Source: an uncultured delta proteobacterium
Lineage (GTDB): Bacteria > Desulfobacterota > Desulfobacteria > Desulfobacterales > B30-G6
Reading direction: 5' to 3'
NCBI GenBank assembly: GCA_963823335.1
Contig: CAWGLD010000004.1
Span: 4,382-68,381 of the forward strand
DNA length: 64,000 bases
Part shown: piece after piece, positions 37,097 to 46,081 of the stretch
Numbering within the stretch: position 1 is the first letter of the stretch
How the letters are laid out: each line of letters begins with the position of its first letter
Notes under the pieces: model-generated
Told to the model about the DNA's origin: nothing
Seen by the model: only the letters and a program-made list of their open reading frames with translations
The model's database searches: none
Translations under genes and position numbers: made by a program

Positions 37097-37135
37097 GGGT
37101 TAAAGGGTCCGAGGGTGATACAAGGGTTAGAGGGT
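37097..37135 (+). repeat. G-tract module, family A copy 3
   Basis: Begins 12 nt after the stop at 37085: GGGTTAAAGGGTCCGAGGGTGATACAAGGGTTAGAGGGT. Confidence 0.85.
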
Positions 37136-37140
37136 GGCTG

Positions 37141-37405
37141 ACGGCGATGAACCTCCACCCGAGGATCGGGTGGGCTCAAGAAGCCCCCTCGAAGGGGGCT
37201 GGAATATCCAATATCGAATATCGAATACATGAATTTCGAAGTGATGCTTCCCGGTTTTTAGAATAAAGGAAGATAGAGCGCAGCGATACAACACTTCAAT
37301 ATTGAACATTCCTTGTTCGACATTCGATATTTTCCTTTTTAATTTTCACCGTATCGGTAGAACCTTTCCGGGTTCTCCACCATGGTTGGAAGTTTTTAGA
37401 TCAGA
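37141..37405 (+). repeat. Mosaic element family B, copy B1 (complete: hairpins, ATATCGAA-word arms, short ORF remnant, tail hairpins)
   Basis: Arms at 37203-37227 and 37315-37333 are inverted. GCCCCCTCGAAGGGGGC hairpin. The tail GAACCTTTCCGGGTTCTCCACC...TTTTAGATCAGAA is shared with B2 and B4. Confidence 0.8.
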
Positions 37406-37463
37406 ACAAGCGGACAGCAGCATCCCAGCTTCCCAGCAGTCTAGCTTCCCAGCATAAAAAGGC

Positions 37464-38435
37464 TTAGTCGAGTCGGGTGATACCCTCGGTTTTTGCAGCA
37501 GTCAGGGCATCCATAAACTCGTTTCTGGACACGGCTCTTTGAAGCGCTTTGGCACCCATGGCACTTCCACAAGGCCGGTACTGTGACATGATGTTGACAT
37601 AGGTGTTGGTGGATATTTCCCGGGCGATAAATCGCATGATTTCACGTGTACCAGCCTTTCCTTCGGGCAATACAAGATGGCGAACCAGCAAGCCCCTCCG
37701 AGCGTTACCCTGTTTGTCGAGAACCAGATCCCCAACCTGGCGGTACATCTCCCGTATAGCTTTCCTGGCGACTTCTGCATAGTCCGGCGCCTGACAGGTC
37801 ATTTCAGCGATATCTGAATCCCAGAACTTGAAATCCGGCATGTAGATGTCAAAGACACCGTCCAGCAGCCTCAGTGTTTCGACCCGGTCATACCCCCCTG
37901 AATTGTAAACCAGTGGTATGGTCAGCCCCTGGTTACATGCCATTTCCACCGCGGACAATATCGACGGCACGACATGAGACGGTGTCACGAAGTTGATATT
38001 CCGGCAGCCTTCATTCTGCAGTGAGAGCATCATGGATGCCAGTTGCGCGTCGGTTACCTCATGGCCGAAGCCCTGGTGACTGATATCAAAATTCTGGCAG
38101 AAGTCGCACAGCAAGTTGCAATGAGTAAAGAATACGGTTCCGGAACCATGCAATCCAACAAGAGGTGTTTCTTCTCCAAAATGAGGGTGAAAACTGGAAA
38201 CCCACGCCTTTTCGAATGTTTTGCAGACACCTGTTTTCCGGCGGTCTGTACGGTCCACATTACACTGGCGGGGACACAAACAGCAGGAGCGCAACCGGCG
38301 TCTGGCCTCCTTTACCCGCTGTCTGAGCTGGCCCGAGCGATGACTTCTCATATAGGCAGGTTCAAAATCGGTCACAAACAAACCCCTTTGGATATACTGT
38401 CCGTACCGGCTTTCGTTCTTCTGACCTAAAACCAC
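37464..38435 (-). CDS. Radical SAM protein (PflX-like activating-enzyme family)
   Basis: CNLLCDFCQN (CxxxCxxC). Upstream Cys cluster CCLCPRQCNVDR. The track start is a GTG inside repeat B4, so the true start is probably ATG 38351. Confidence 0.8.
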   Translation of the reverse strand: MVLGQKNESRYGQYIQRGLFVTDFEPAYMRSHRSGQLRQRVKEARRRLRSCCLCPRQCNVDRTDRRKTGVCKTFEKAWVSSFHPHFGEETPLVGLHGSGTVFFTHCNLLCDFCQNFDISHQGFGHEVTDAQLASMMLSLQNEGCRNINFVTPSHVVPSILSAVEMACNQGLTIPLVYNSGGYDRVETLRLLDGVFDIYMPDFKFWDSDIAEMTCQAPDYAEVARKAIREMYRQVGDLVLDKQGNARRGLLVRHLVLPEGKAGTREIMRFIAREISTNTYVNIMSQYRPCGSAMGAKALQRAVSRNEFMDALTAAKTEGITRLD

Positions 38436-38525
38436 AACCTATGGTGGAGGATCGAAAAGGTTCAAGCGATCCGGTGTAAATTGAAAGATAACTATCGAAT
38501 GTCGAACAAGAAATGTTCAATTATG
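38427..38525 (-). repeat. Family B copy B4 (right half only, inverted)
   Basis: Aligns by eye, with many matches, to the reverse complement of 37295-37400. Confidence 0.8.
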
Positions 38526-38590
38526 ATTTTTCTTAAATATTCCATAGGCCACCCTACGGCGGACACGCTTTTGGATATTTTTTAAGGCTT

Positions 38591-39001
38591 CTACCTGGAG
38601 AACAGCGTCTTAAGATAAGAACTGTCTGACGCTTTTTCATAGACCATATCCTGCAGAATGCCCTGGGGGCTGAACCAAAAGATCAGCGTATCGTAGCGTG
38701 CCAACGCACCTGTTGCTGAAAATTCAACAGTTCCGCCTGTGGCCACATCGAGCACCGGAAGCCCCAGGGAAAGACCGCTCTCCTGAAACAGGGAGCGCCG
38801 GTAGACGAGCAGATCCGTGTTGTCGAGAGAATGGATCTCATCGGGTGCCCCCAGACTGATCAATACATCGCCGATGGTTGTCTTGTCTAAAGGGTAAGCA
38901 TCACCCGGATCTTCGATCTCCAGGCCCTCAACCCTGCGTTCGTAACGGTAGGAAAGGCATCCCGTGAGACCCAGCAGAAGACTGCCGATCAAGACCGTCA
39001 T
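38591..39001 (-). CDS. Lipoprotein (hypothetical), paralogue of the upstream gene
   Basis: Lipobox LLGLTGC. Shares the LG.P......SN....Y.YRRS pattern with 39015-39395. Confidence 0.6.
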   Translation of the reverse strand: MTVLIGSLLLGLTGCLSYRYERRVEGLEIEDPGDAYPLDKTTIGDVLISLGAPDEIHSLDNTDLLVYRRSLFQESGLSLGLPVLDVATGGTVEFSATGALARYDTLIFWFSPQGILQDMVYEKASDSSYLKTLFSR

Positions 39002-39014
39002 TATGAAAGAATGA

Positions 39015-39395
39015 TTAAAACGGCAAGCCATATCCAGCCTTATCTGCATTCAAACTCGCACCATAGTGCGTCAAGAGATCGTTCTGGTCAAAGAAAAAAA
39101 CAATCTGATCGACCTGGGTGTCGTAATTTGCAAAACTGAGGAGCACCAGCCATATCAGTGTCGCTTTGGCAACTGAGCGACGATAAATATATGCGTTCCC
39201 ATTGGACAACTCCACCACACGCGTGGGCGCGCCGAACAGTCCAGAGATATCTGCAGCCGTTGTTGTACCCGGCTCAATCGACTCGATAACATCGGGATCG
39301 AATGAATGGTAATCCTTATTGGTGCCAAAGACAAAACACCCTGTACAAAGAAGTATGAATCCTATGGCCAATGGAAATAAGAATCTGTGGATCAT
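39015..39395 (-). CDS. Lipoprotein (hypothetical)
   Basis: Lipobox ILLCTGC. The track N-terminus (to 39458) lies in repeat B2, so ATG 39395 is preferred. Confidence 0.6.
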   Translation of the reverse strand: MIHRFLFPLAIGFILLCTGCFVFGTNKDYHSFDPDVIESIEPGTTTAADISGLFGAPTRVVELSNGNAYIYRRSVAKATLIWLVLLSFANYDTQVDQIVFFFDQNDLLTHYGASLNADKAGYGLPF

Positions 39396-39402
39396 GTGCT
39401 TA

Positions 39403-39565
39403 GTTCTCCTCAGCTTATGGAACAAAAGAAGATAGAGCGCAGCGATACAACACGTCAATATTCTACATTCCTTGTTCGATATTCATTATTCTCTTTTGTT
39501 TTCACCGGATCGGTAGAACCTTTCCGGGTCCTCCACCGGAGGTGGAGCTTTTAGATCAGAAATAA
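39403..39565 (+). repeat. Family B copy B2 (right half)
   Basis: CAGCTTATGGAACAAAAGAAGATAGAGCGCAGCGATACAACACGTCAATATTCTACATTCCTTGTTCGATATTC...CTCCACCGGAGGTGGAGCTTTTAGATCAGAA. Confidence 0.85.
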
Positions 39566-39832
39566 AGTACCAGCCCCACCGATAAATGCAACCGAAATAT
39601 GTTTACAATATATGGCAAAATTGCCAAATCTGTGTTAATGCAGGACGAGACTATCAACTAAATCGTTACACAACTTTACCAAAGGCGACGTTCTCGCTTC
39701 TATGGGAGTCAAAGGAGACGGCATGTCTCCGTAAGTTCAGGTTCGGAACCGCGTGCCAAGCACGCGGTTTGTAGAACAATAAATTCTTGATTAATTTATA
39801 ACCAACGCAACATACTGTTCAAGGAGAAAAAA

Positions 39833-40225
39833 ATGAAAATTATGGTTTGCTTTGATGGTTCCAATTCATCCAAAGAGGCAGTTCGTCTGGCCACTGAGCA
39901 TGCGCGGGCCTTTGGTGCATCAATCGATATTGTCACATCGATGGTGAAAGGGACCGAGTCTGAAAGAGAAGATATCGGTAAGGCGGAGCTCGATCTTGAA
40001 TATGAAAAAAACATCATCGTCAATGAAGGTGTTCCATGTGAATACCACCTGTTGATCCGGGGTCTTTCCGCTGGAGAAGATCTCCTTCGCTATGCTGAAG
40101 AACAGAAAATCGACGAGATCATCATCGGCATCAAACGCCGCTCCAAGGTTGAAAAAATTGTATTTGGCTCGACGGCTCAATATATCATTCTAAAGGCGCT
40201 TTGCCCGGTAGTCACGGTTAAATAA
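39833..40225 (+). CDS. Universal stress protein (UspA family)
   Basis: MKIMVCFDGS...IIIGIKRRSKVEKIVFGSTAQYIILKALCPVVTV. Confidence 0.85.
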   Translation: MKIMVCFDGSNSSKEAVRLATEHARAFGASIDIVTSMVKGTESEREDIGKAELDLEYEKNIIVNEGVPCEYHLLIRGLSAGEDLLRYAEEQKIDEIIIGIKRRSKVEKIVFGSTAQYIILKALCPVVTVK

Positions 40226-40350
40226 CACCTAAGAGAAGCGACTGCCGATCTTACCGTATCTACGGCGTCAGATGCCATACCGCATAGTTCACTATAGCGG
40301 AACAACATCTTCCTTGTAACTACGGCAACCTCGACAATCGCTCAATCTTG
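40226..40350 (-). repeat. Diverged repeat Y (partner X at 59478-59600)
   Basis: A perfect 22-mer, ACGGCAACCTCGACAATCGCTC (40322-40343), is the reverse complement of 59485-59506. The flanks align with substitutions. Confidence 0.7.
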
Positions 40351-40391
40351 GTGACAGTAAAATTGTTACACGATTTTATAGGGGATCACGA

Positions 40392-41273
40392 ATGAATGGA
40401 AATTTGTTTCTGAAACTGGTGAATGACAGAATCGTTTTCTTTGACGGTGCCATGGGAACCATGCTGATGGAAGCCGGCCTTCAACCCGGCGGTGTCCCGG
40501 AAATGTGGAATCTCGAGAAACCCGAGCTTGTCATGGGTGTTTACCAGCAATATTACACTGCCGGTGCCGACGTTGTTCACACCAACACTTTTGGTGGGTC
40601 AGCACTCAAGCTCAGCATCAAGGGTCACGCCGATCAAATGGAAGCGATCAACCTGGCAGCGGTCCGACTTGCCAGACGCGTATGCCCGGAAAACGCCTTT
40701 GTGGCAGGTGACATCGGGCCAAGCGGAAAGATGCTAAAACCCATGGGGGAGGCGACATTCGAATCATTGGAAGATGCTTTCTTTTTCCAGGCCTCGGCAC
40801 TCATCAAAGGTGGCGTTGACATCATCAGCATCGAAACCATGTTTTCCCTTGATGAAGCGACCGCTGCACTCAAAGGCGCCAAACGCGCAGGTGATATCCC
40901 TGTCATTGCCGGTATTACCTACAACAGGACACCCAATGGTTTCTTCACCATGATGGGCGAAACCATTGAGCAATGTGCCACAAGACTGGCGGAGAATGGC
41001 GCGGATGCCGTGGCCTGCAATTGTACACTCGGCAGCAGCGAGATCATTGAACTCACACGGGAACTGCGCAAAGCCACCACCAAGCCCATTTTGATTCAAC
41101 CCAACGCCGGGAAACCAGTCCCAAAAGACGACATCATCATTTATGAACAGACACCATCGGAGTTTGCCGCTGATATAAAACGGATCATCGATGAAGGCGC
41201 TGACATGGTGGGAGGCTGTTGTGGTACCAATGCCGCATTTGTCAAAGAAATGGTCAGGACCCTCGGCAAATAA
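40392..41273 (+). CDS. Homocysteine S-methyltransferase-domain protein (MetH N-terminal-module-like)
   Basis: FFDGAMGTML, TNTFG, C-terminal GGCCGT zinc-ligand motif. Confidence 0.85.
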   Translation: MNGNLFLKLVNDRIVFFDGAMGTMLMEAGLQPGGVPEMWNLEKPELVMGVYQQYYTAGADVVHTNTFGGSALKLSIKGHADQMEAINLAAVRLARRVCPENAFVAGDIGPSGKMLKPMGEATFESLEDAFFFQASALIKGGVDIISIETMFSLDEATAALKGAKRAGDIPVIAGITYNRTPNGFFTMMGETIEQCATRLAENGADAVACNCTLGSSEIIELTRELRKATTKPILIQPNAGKPVPKDDIIIYEQTPSEFAADIKRIIDEGADMVGGCCGTNAAFVKEMVRTLGK

Positions 41274-41356
41274 ATTCGCTTTGCAAATTTATTAAATGCG
41301 ACTTCGTCGCTTCTATCGACGAAAGGTAGATAACGGATCCAAAAGGCCCGGCACTG

Positions 41357-41525
41357 ATTGAAGAACCTCGCAGCAAGCTACGAGGAATGTTCTGTCGTGC
41401 GACAGTGCTTCGCAGCGACCGTAAGGAATTCTGTCTAATTTAGATTCGCTCGCTAACCCCGCAGCATGCGAAGCACTGCCGGACGGCAGAACCTACGGGG
41501 AATGCGCTCGCTGTTGCGGTTCAAC
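41357..41525 (+). repeat. Family E copy E4, with a 28-nt nested insert in the third hairpin loop
   Basis: Identical to E3 except for a CT/TC swap and the insert CATGCGAAGCACTGCCGGACGGCAGAAC (41465-41492). Confidence 0.85.
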
Positions 41526-41676
41526 ACTACATTCGAATTTGGATCATTAGGTATTGTTCAGGACTTCGAATTTTGTGCTTCGGATTTAAGTATATAGCGA
41601 TATCGGCACAGCCAAACATCTCTGGCATGACCCAAAGAGCCAGGTTTTAAATGATAGAACAAAGGGAGGTAGAAAA

Positions 41677-42669
41677 ATGAAAAGAATGACATTTTTATGG
41701 ACTGCCATCACAATCCTCGGTCTGGTCTTGCCGATGACTGTGTCCGCCGAAATGATTCGCATCGGGGAAGCACAGATTGTTTCGCACCCGGCCCTGGATA
41801 ACGATTCCAAGGGTTTCAAAATCGCCCTGGAAGAAGAAGGCTTCATCGAGGGTCAGAACATCATTATCGATCGTCAGAATGCCCAGGGCGAACAACCGAA
41901 TTGTGCCATCATTGCAAGGAAATTCGAAGATGACAGGGTTCACTTGATTCACGCCATCAGCACACCCAATGCCCAGGCTTCGGTGAAAGTATCAAAAACC
42001 ATCCCGATCGTTTTTTCATCTGTGACGGATCCTGTCGCCACCGGCATCGTACCAAAACTCGGTCCCACTGGGACCCATGTTACGGGCGTAAGCGACCGCT
42101 GGCCCATCGAGCTGCAGTGCAGAATGTACCAGGATCTGGTCCCTTACGCTAAACGGTGGGGAACCATCTACAACCCTGGTGACGTCAACGTGACGTTTCA
42201 TATCCAGGAAATGAAATCCGCCGTCGAGAAAATGGGTGCAAAACTGGTGGAGGCCCATATATCCAACAGTTCAGAGGTATTGCAGGCCGCACAAAGTCTG
42301 GTGGGTCGTGTAGATGCCATCCATATAACATCGGACAACACAGCAGTTTCGGCCTTCGAGTCCATTACCAAGGTTTGCAATGACAACAATATTCCTCTCT
42401 TTGCCGGTGACCGTGACAGCACAGCCAGAGGTGCCGTGGCAGCCTATGGGCTCGACTATTTCATGATCGGCTACACGGCCGGGAAAAAAGCTGCCCAAAT
42501 ACTCAAAGGTGAAGATCCCGCCCAGATACCTGCGGGTCTGGCCTCGGGGTACAGTTTGTGGGTCAGTCTGAAACACGCCCAGGAACAAGACCTGAAACTA
42601 CCGCGCACATTGATCGAAAAAGCATCCGACAAACTCTGGGACGAGCAGGGACAGGTTATTAAACAATAG
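41677..42669 (+). CDS. ABC transporter substrate-binding protein (PF04392-like, COG2984 group)
   Basis: Signal peptide. Periplasmic-binding fold pattern. Followed by a cognate permease and ATPase. Confidence 0.8.
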   Translation: MKRMTFLWTAITILGLVLPMTVSAEMIRIGEAQIVSHPALDNDSKGFKIALEEEGFIEGQNIIIDRQNAQGEQPNCAIIARKFEDDRVHLIHAISTPNAQASVKVSKTIPIVFSSVTDPVATGIVPKLGPTGTHVTGVSDRWPIELQCRMYQDLVPYAKRWGTIYNPGDVNVTFHIQEMKSAVEKMGAKLVEAHISNSSEVLQAAQSLVGRVDAIHITSDNTAVSAFESITKVCNDNNIPLFAGDRDSTARGAVAAYGLDYFMIGYTAGKKAAQILKGEDPAQIPAGLASGYSLWVSLKHAQEQDLKLPRTLIEKASDKLWDEQGQVIKQ

Positions 42670-42687
42670 GATGAGTGTTTCAAATTT

Positions 42688-42930
42688 TGGATCATCTCCA
42701 GAAGAGTTAATCCAAACTGAGTCTCCACCCGCGGAGCGGGCGGGCTCAGGATGCCCCCTCGAAGGGGGCTATAATATCCAATATCGACTATCGATTACAT
42801 GAATTTCGAAGTGATGGTTCTCAGCTTATGGTACAAAAGAAGATAGAGCGCAGCGATACCACACGTCAATATTCTACATTCCTTGTTCGATATTCATTAT
42901 TCTCTTTTATTTTCACCCGATCGGTATTCG
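42688..42930 (+). repeat. Family B copy B3, with a cassette-type left terminus GGATCATCTCCAGAAGAGTTAATCC
   Basis: It combines the C-family terminus with B-family internal modules. The right tail is truncated before the ABC permease start. Confidence 0.8.
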
Positions 42931-42948
42931 TAATTATTTGGTGGCAGG

Positions 42949-43851
42949 ATGTTTTTCGAAGGTATATTGAGAGTTGTGCCGGTTTCTCTTGAGTTGGGTC
43001 TCGCCTATGCGCTGGTTGCGTTGGGCATCGTCATCAGCTTTCGAATTCTTGCATTTCCGGACCTGACGGTAGACGGAAGTTTTGCATTGGGGGGCGCCGT
43101 TACCGCCCGTCTGATCATAGAGGGCGTCTCCCCCCTTTACAGTATTCTTGTTGCCGTTGTCTGTGGATTTGTTGCCGGCTGTTGTACGGGTTTTCTCAAT
43201 ACCCGTTTAAAAATCAACAGCCTCCTGGCCGGTATTCTGATGATGACCATGCTCTATTCCATCAATCTGCGCATCATGGGCCGGTCCAACATTCAATTAT
43301 TGACAGTCGATACCATCCTGACCCCCCTTGAAAATCTGGATATCAATCGCTTTATCCCCATCATTCTCTTTTTTCTCTTTGTTACCATCGTGATGAAGAT
43401 ACTCCTGGATCTCTTTCTGCACACCCAGATTGGTTTCGCCATGCGGGCCACAGGTGACAACGAACAGATGATACGCACACTAGGCGTAAATACGGACCAC
43501 ATGACCATTCTCGGGTTGGGTATTTCCAACGCTTTCGTGGCATTGTCCGGCGCCCTGGTATCGCAGGATCAAGGCTTTGCAGATATCGGTATGGGGATCG
43601 GCATGATCGTATCCGTGCTGGCGGCCATCATTATCGGGGAGACCCTCATCAAGGCAAAATCCGTACAGCGCATGACACTGGCGGCCATTATCGGATCGAT
43701 TATTTACAAGCTGATTATTTCCATCGGCTTACGGCTTGGCCTGGCCCCCACCGATTTGAAAATGGCCACTGGCATCATGGTCATTTTGGCTCTCGGTATA
43801 CCTGCCCTGAAAAAAGGGAAGGAAGAAAAGATACATCTGAGAGGCATATGA
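42949..43851 (+). CDS. ABC transporter permease (COG4120-like)
   Basis: 300 aa with about 8 TM helices, between the SBP and ATPase genes. Confidence 0.8.
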   Translation: MFFEGILRVVPVSLELGLAYALVALGIVISFRILAFPDLTVDGSFALGGAVTARLIIEGVSPLYSILVAVVCGFVAGCCTGFLNTRLKINSLLAGILMMTMLYSINLRIMGRSNIQLLTVDTILTPLENLDINRFIPIILFFLFVTIVMKILLDLFLHTQIGFAMRATGDNEQMIRTLGVNTDHMTILGLGISNAFVALSGALVSQDQGFADIGMGIGMIVSVLAAIIIGETLIKAKSVQRMTLAAIIGSIIYKLIISIGLRLGLAPTDLKMATGIMVILALGIPALKKGKEEKIHLRGI

Positions 43852-44633
43852 TGCTGCAACTGAAAGCTATCAGGAAAGTGTTCAATGCCGGGACCCCGGA
43901 TGAGAAAGTTGCCATTGACGATATCCATCTTTCATTGAAGAATGGTGATTTTGTCACCATTATCGGCAGCAACGGGGCCGGAAAAACCACCTTGTTGAAC
44001 CTAATCACCGGAACCTGCCTGGCGGACGATGGCAGTGTTTTCATCGATGGACTGAATGTCACCCACCTCCCGGAACACAAACGCGCAGCCTACATGGGGC
44101 GTATTTTTCAAAATCCTCTCATGGGAACGGCTTCCTCCATGACCATCGAGGAAAACCTCGGCATGGCTGATCTGAGGGGCAGAACCCGAACCTTGCGATG
44201 GGGTGTTTCCCGGGCCCGGCGTGCGCACTACATCCAGTTGTTGAAAAAAATGAAATTAGGCCTGGAAGACCGCTTGAAACAGTCGGTAAACCTCCTTTCC
44301 GGTGGTCAGCGCCAGTCTTTGACACTCCTGATGGCAACCTTGTCGCTTCCCAAGCTGTTGCTCATGGATGAACATACCGCTGCGCTCGATCCCAAGACCG
44401 CCGTGCGGGTGATGAAACTGACGGCGGAAATCGTTCACCAGCATCAACTCACCGCCATCATGGTGACGCACAACATGGAACAGGCCATCAAATACGGTAA
44501 TCGCCTGATCATGCTGCATGAAGGCAGGGTGAAGATGGACATCCATGGCAAAGAAAAGGAATCCTTTACGGTGGAAGAGGCGGTCAAACGATTTGGTTCA
44601 ACCCTCAAAGACGAGACCCTGCTGTCCTGCTGA
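43848..44633 (+). CDS. ABC transporter ATP-binding protein
   Basis: Walker A GSNGAGKTT, signature LSGGQRQ, Walker B LLLMDEHTAALD. Confidence 0.92.
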   Translation: MMLQLKAIRKVFNAGTPDEKVAIDDIHLSLKNGDFVTIIGSNGAGKTTLLNLITGTCLADDGSVFIDGLNVTHLPEHKRAAYMGRIFQNPLMGTASSMTIEENLGMADLRGRTRTLRWGVSRARRAHYIQLLKKMKLGLEDRLKQSVNLLSGGQRQSLTLLMATLSLPKLLLMDEHTAALDPKTAVRVMKLTAEIVHQHQLTAIMVTHNMEQAIKYGNRLIMLHEGRVKMDIHGKEKESFTVEEAVKRFGSTLKDETLLSC

Positions 44634-44719
44634 CATGGCCAGAGGACCAGGTTTTTTCAATGATAAAGTAAAAGAATTGATCCGGATCTCAAAAACCAGG
44701 CAAAAAAAGAATTGCAACC

Positions 44720-46003
44720 ATGAGAATCATCACCACCCATCGAAATTCAGATTTTGACGCGCTGGCGTCTGTAATGGCTGTCAGAATTCTCTTTCCCGAC
44801 GCAATTCCCGTTCTTCCTAAACAGATCAATCCCAATGTAAAGGCATTTTTGTCGATCCACAAGGATGTTTTCGATACCCATACCGTCAATGAGGTGGATC
44901 TGGCCCTGGTGGGGCACCTGATGGTCGTTGATACCAACAAATGGGAGCGCCTGGAGGGGATGGAGAGCCTCAAGACAAGAAACGATCTCGATATCCAGCT
45001 CTGGGATCATCACCCCATACGTGGCAATATCGACACCCCCTGGATGGTCAGTGAGCTTACCGGAGCCACCATTACCCTGCTGCTCCGCAGAATCAAACAG
45101 GAGCGAAAGATTCTAAGCCCCATTCAGGCAACCCTTTTTCTCCTGGGGATCTACGAAGACACGGGCAATCTGACCTTCCCATCAACCACGGCGGAAGATG
45201 CATATGCTGCGGCCTATTTGTTGGAGCGAAAAGCCGATTTGATGGTGGCCACATCCTTTTTACGGCCGGCTTATGGTGAAAAACAGAAAGAGATTCTTTT
45301 CAACATGCTTCAGGATGCCGAACGTATTCATGTAAAGGGCCACACCATCAGTGTCTGTCACATAGATATCGACGGTCATGTAGAAAGCCTGGCGGTGGTC
45401 ATGCGCATGTATCGCGAGATATTGAATGTCGATGCCGCCGTCGGAATCTTCGCCAACAAGCAGCGAAATACCTGCATGGTCATCGGCCGGAGCCATGCTG
45501 ATGAAATCGACATCGGTCTTGTCATGCGGGGTCTTGGCGGTGGTGGGCACCCTGGGGCCGGCTCTGCCATGTTGAAAGACAGTCATCCGGACACTGTTCG
45601 TGAAAAGATCATGGCCCTGATTCAGGGAAATCAGCCGGCATCGGTTCAAATAAGCGACATCATGTCTTTTCCGGTGGTAACGGCGCGCTCCAGCGACAGT
45701 ATGGAAGAAGTGGCTTTTCTGTTGCGTAATAAAGGATGTACGGGCGTACCGATACTGGAAAACGATGAACTTGTGGGGATTATCTCCAGACGGGATTTTA
45801 GAAAAATAAAAAAAGCGACCCAGCTGAAATCGCCGGTAAAGGCGTATATGAGCAGAAATATCGTCACCATTTCTCCGGGCACGAGCCCGACCCAGGCAGC
45901 AAACCTGATGGTGAAATACGATGTTGGGCGGCTTCCTGTGGTGCAAAACAACCGGGTTATCGGAATTGTGACCCGCTCTGATACGATGCTTTACTTTTAC
46001 TGA
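44720..46003 (+). CDS. DHH/DHHA1 phosphoesterase with C-terminal CBS pair
   Basis: HRNSDFDALAS, LWDHH, GGGGHPGAGSA (DHHA1). Two CBS repeats follow (MSFPVVTA...; MSRNIVTI...). Confidence 0.8.
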   Translation: MRIITTHRNSDFDALASVMAVRILFPDAIPVLPKQINPNVKAFLSIHKDVFDTHTVNEVDLALVGHLMVVDTNKWERLEGMESLKTRNDLDIQLWDHHPIRGNIDTPWMVSELTGATITLLLRRIKQERKILSPIQATLFLLGIYEDTGNLTFPSTTAEDAYAAAYLLERKADLMVATSFLRPAYGEKQKEILFNMLQDAERIHVKGHTISVCHIDIDGHVESLAVVMRMYREILNVDAAVGIFANKQRNTCMVIGRSHADEIDIGLVMRGLGGGGHPGAGSAMLKDSHPDTVREKIMALIQGNQPASVQISDIMSFPVVTARSSDSMEEVAFLLRNKGCTGVPILENDELVGIISRRDFRKIKKATQLKSPVKAYMSRNIVTISPGTSPTQAANLMVKYDVGRLPVVQNNRVIGIVTRSDTMLYFY

Positions 46004-46081
46004 TCAATTACCAGGGGTTTTCGTCAGCCCACGCCTTGTTCTTGGGTGCGATCTGGCATTTAAACCACTTAGGCTAATCAT

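Noticed and set aside
40226-40391. SAM, SAH or cobalamin riboswitch in the leader of the homocysteine methyltransferase gene
   Set aside because: I could not find a B12 box or the conserved SAM-I/SAH core motifs. The conserved part of the spacer is an inverted copy of a repeat also found at 59.5 kb, which argues for a repeat module rather than a gene-specific riboswitch. An Rfam scan would settle it.
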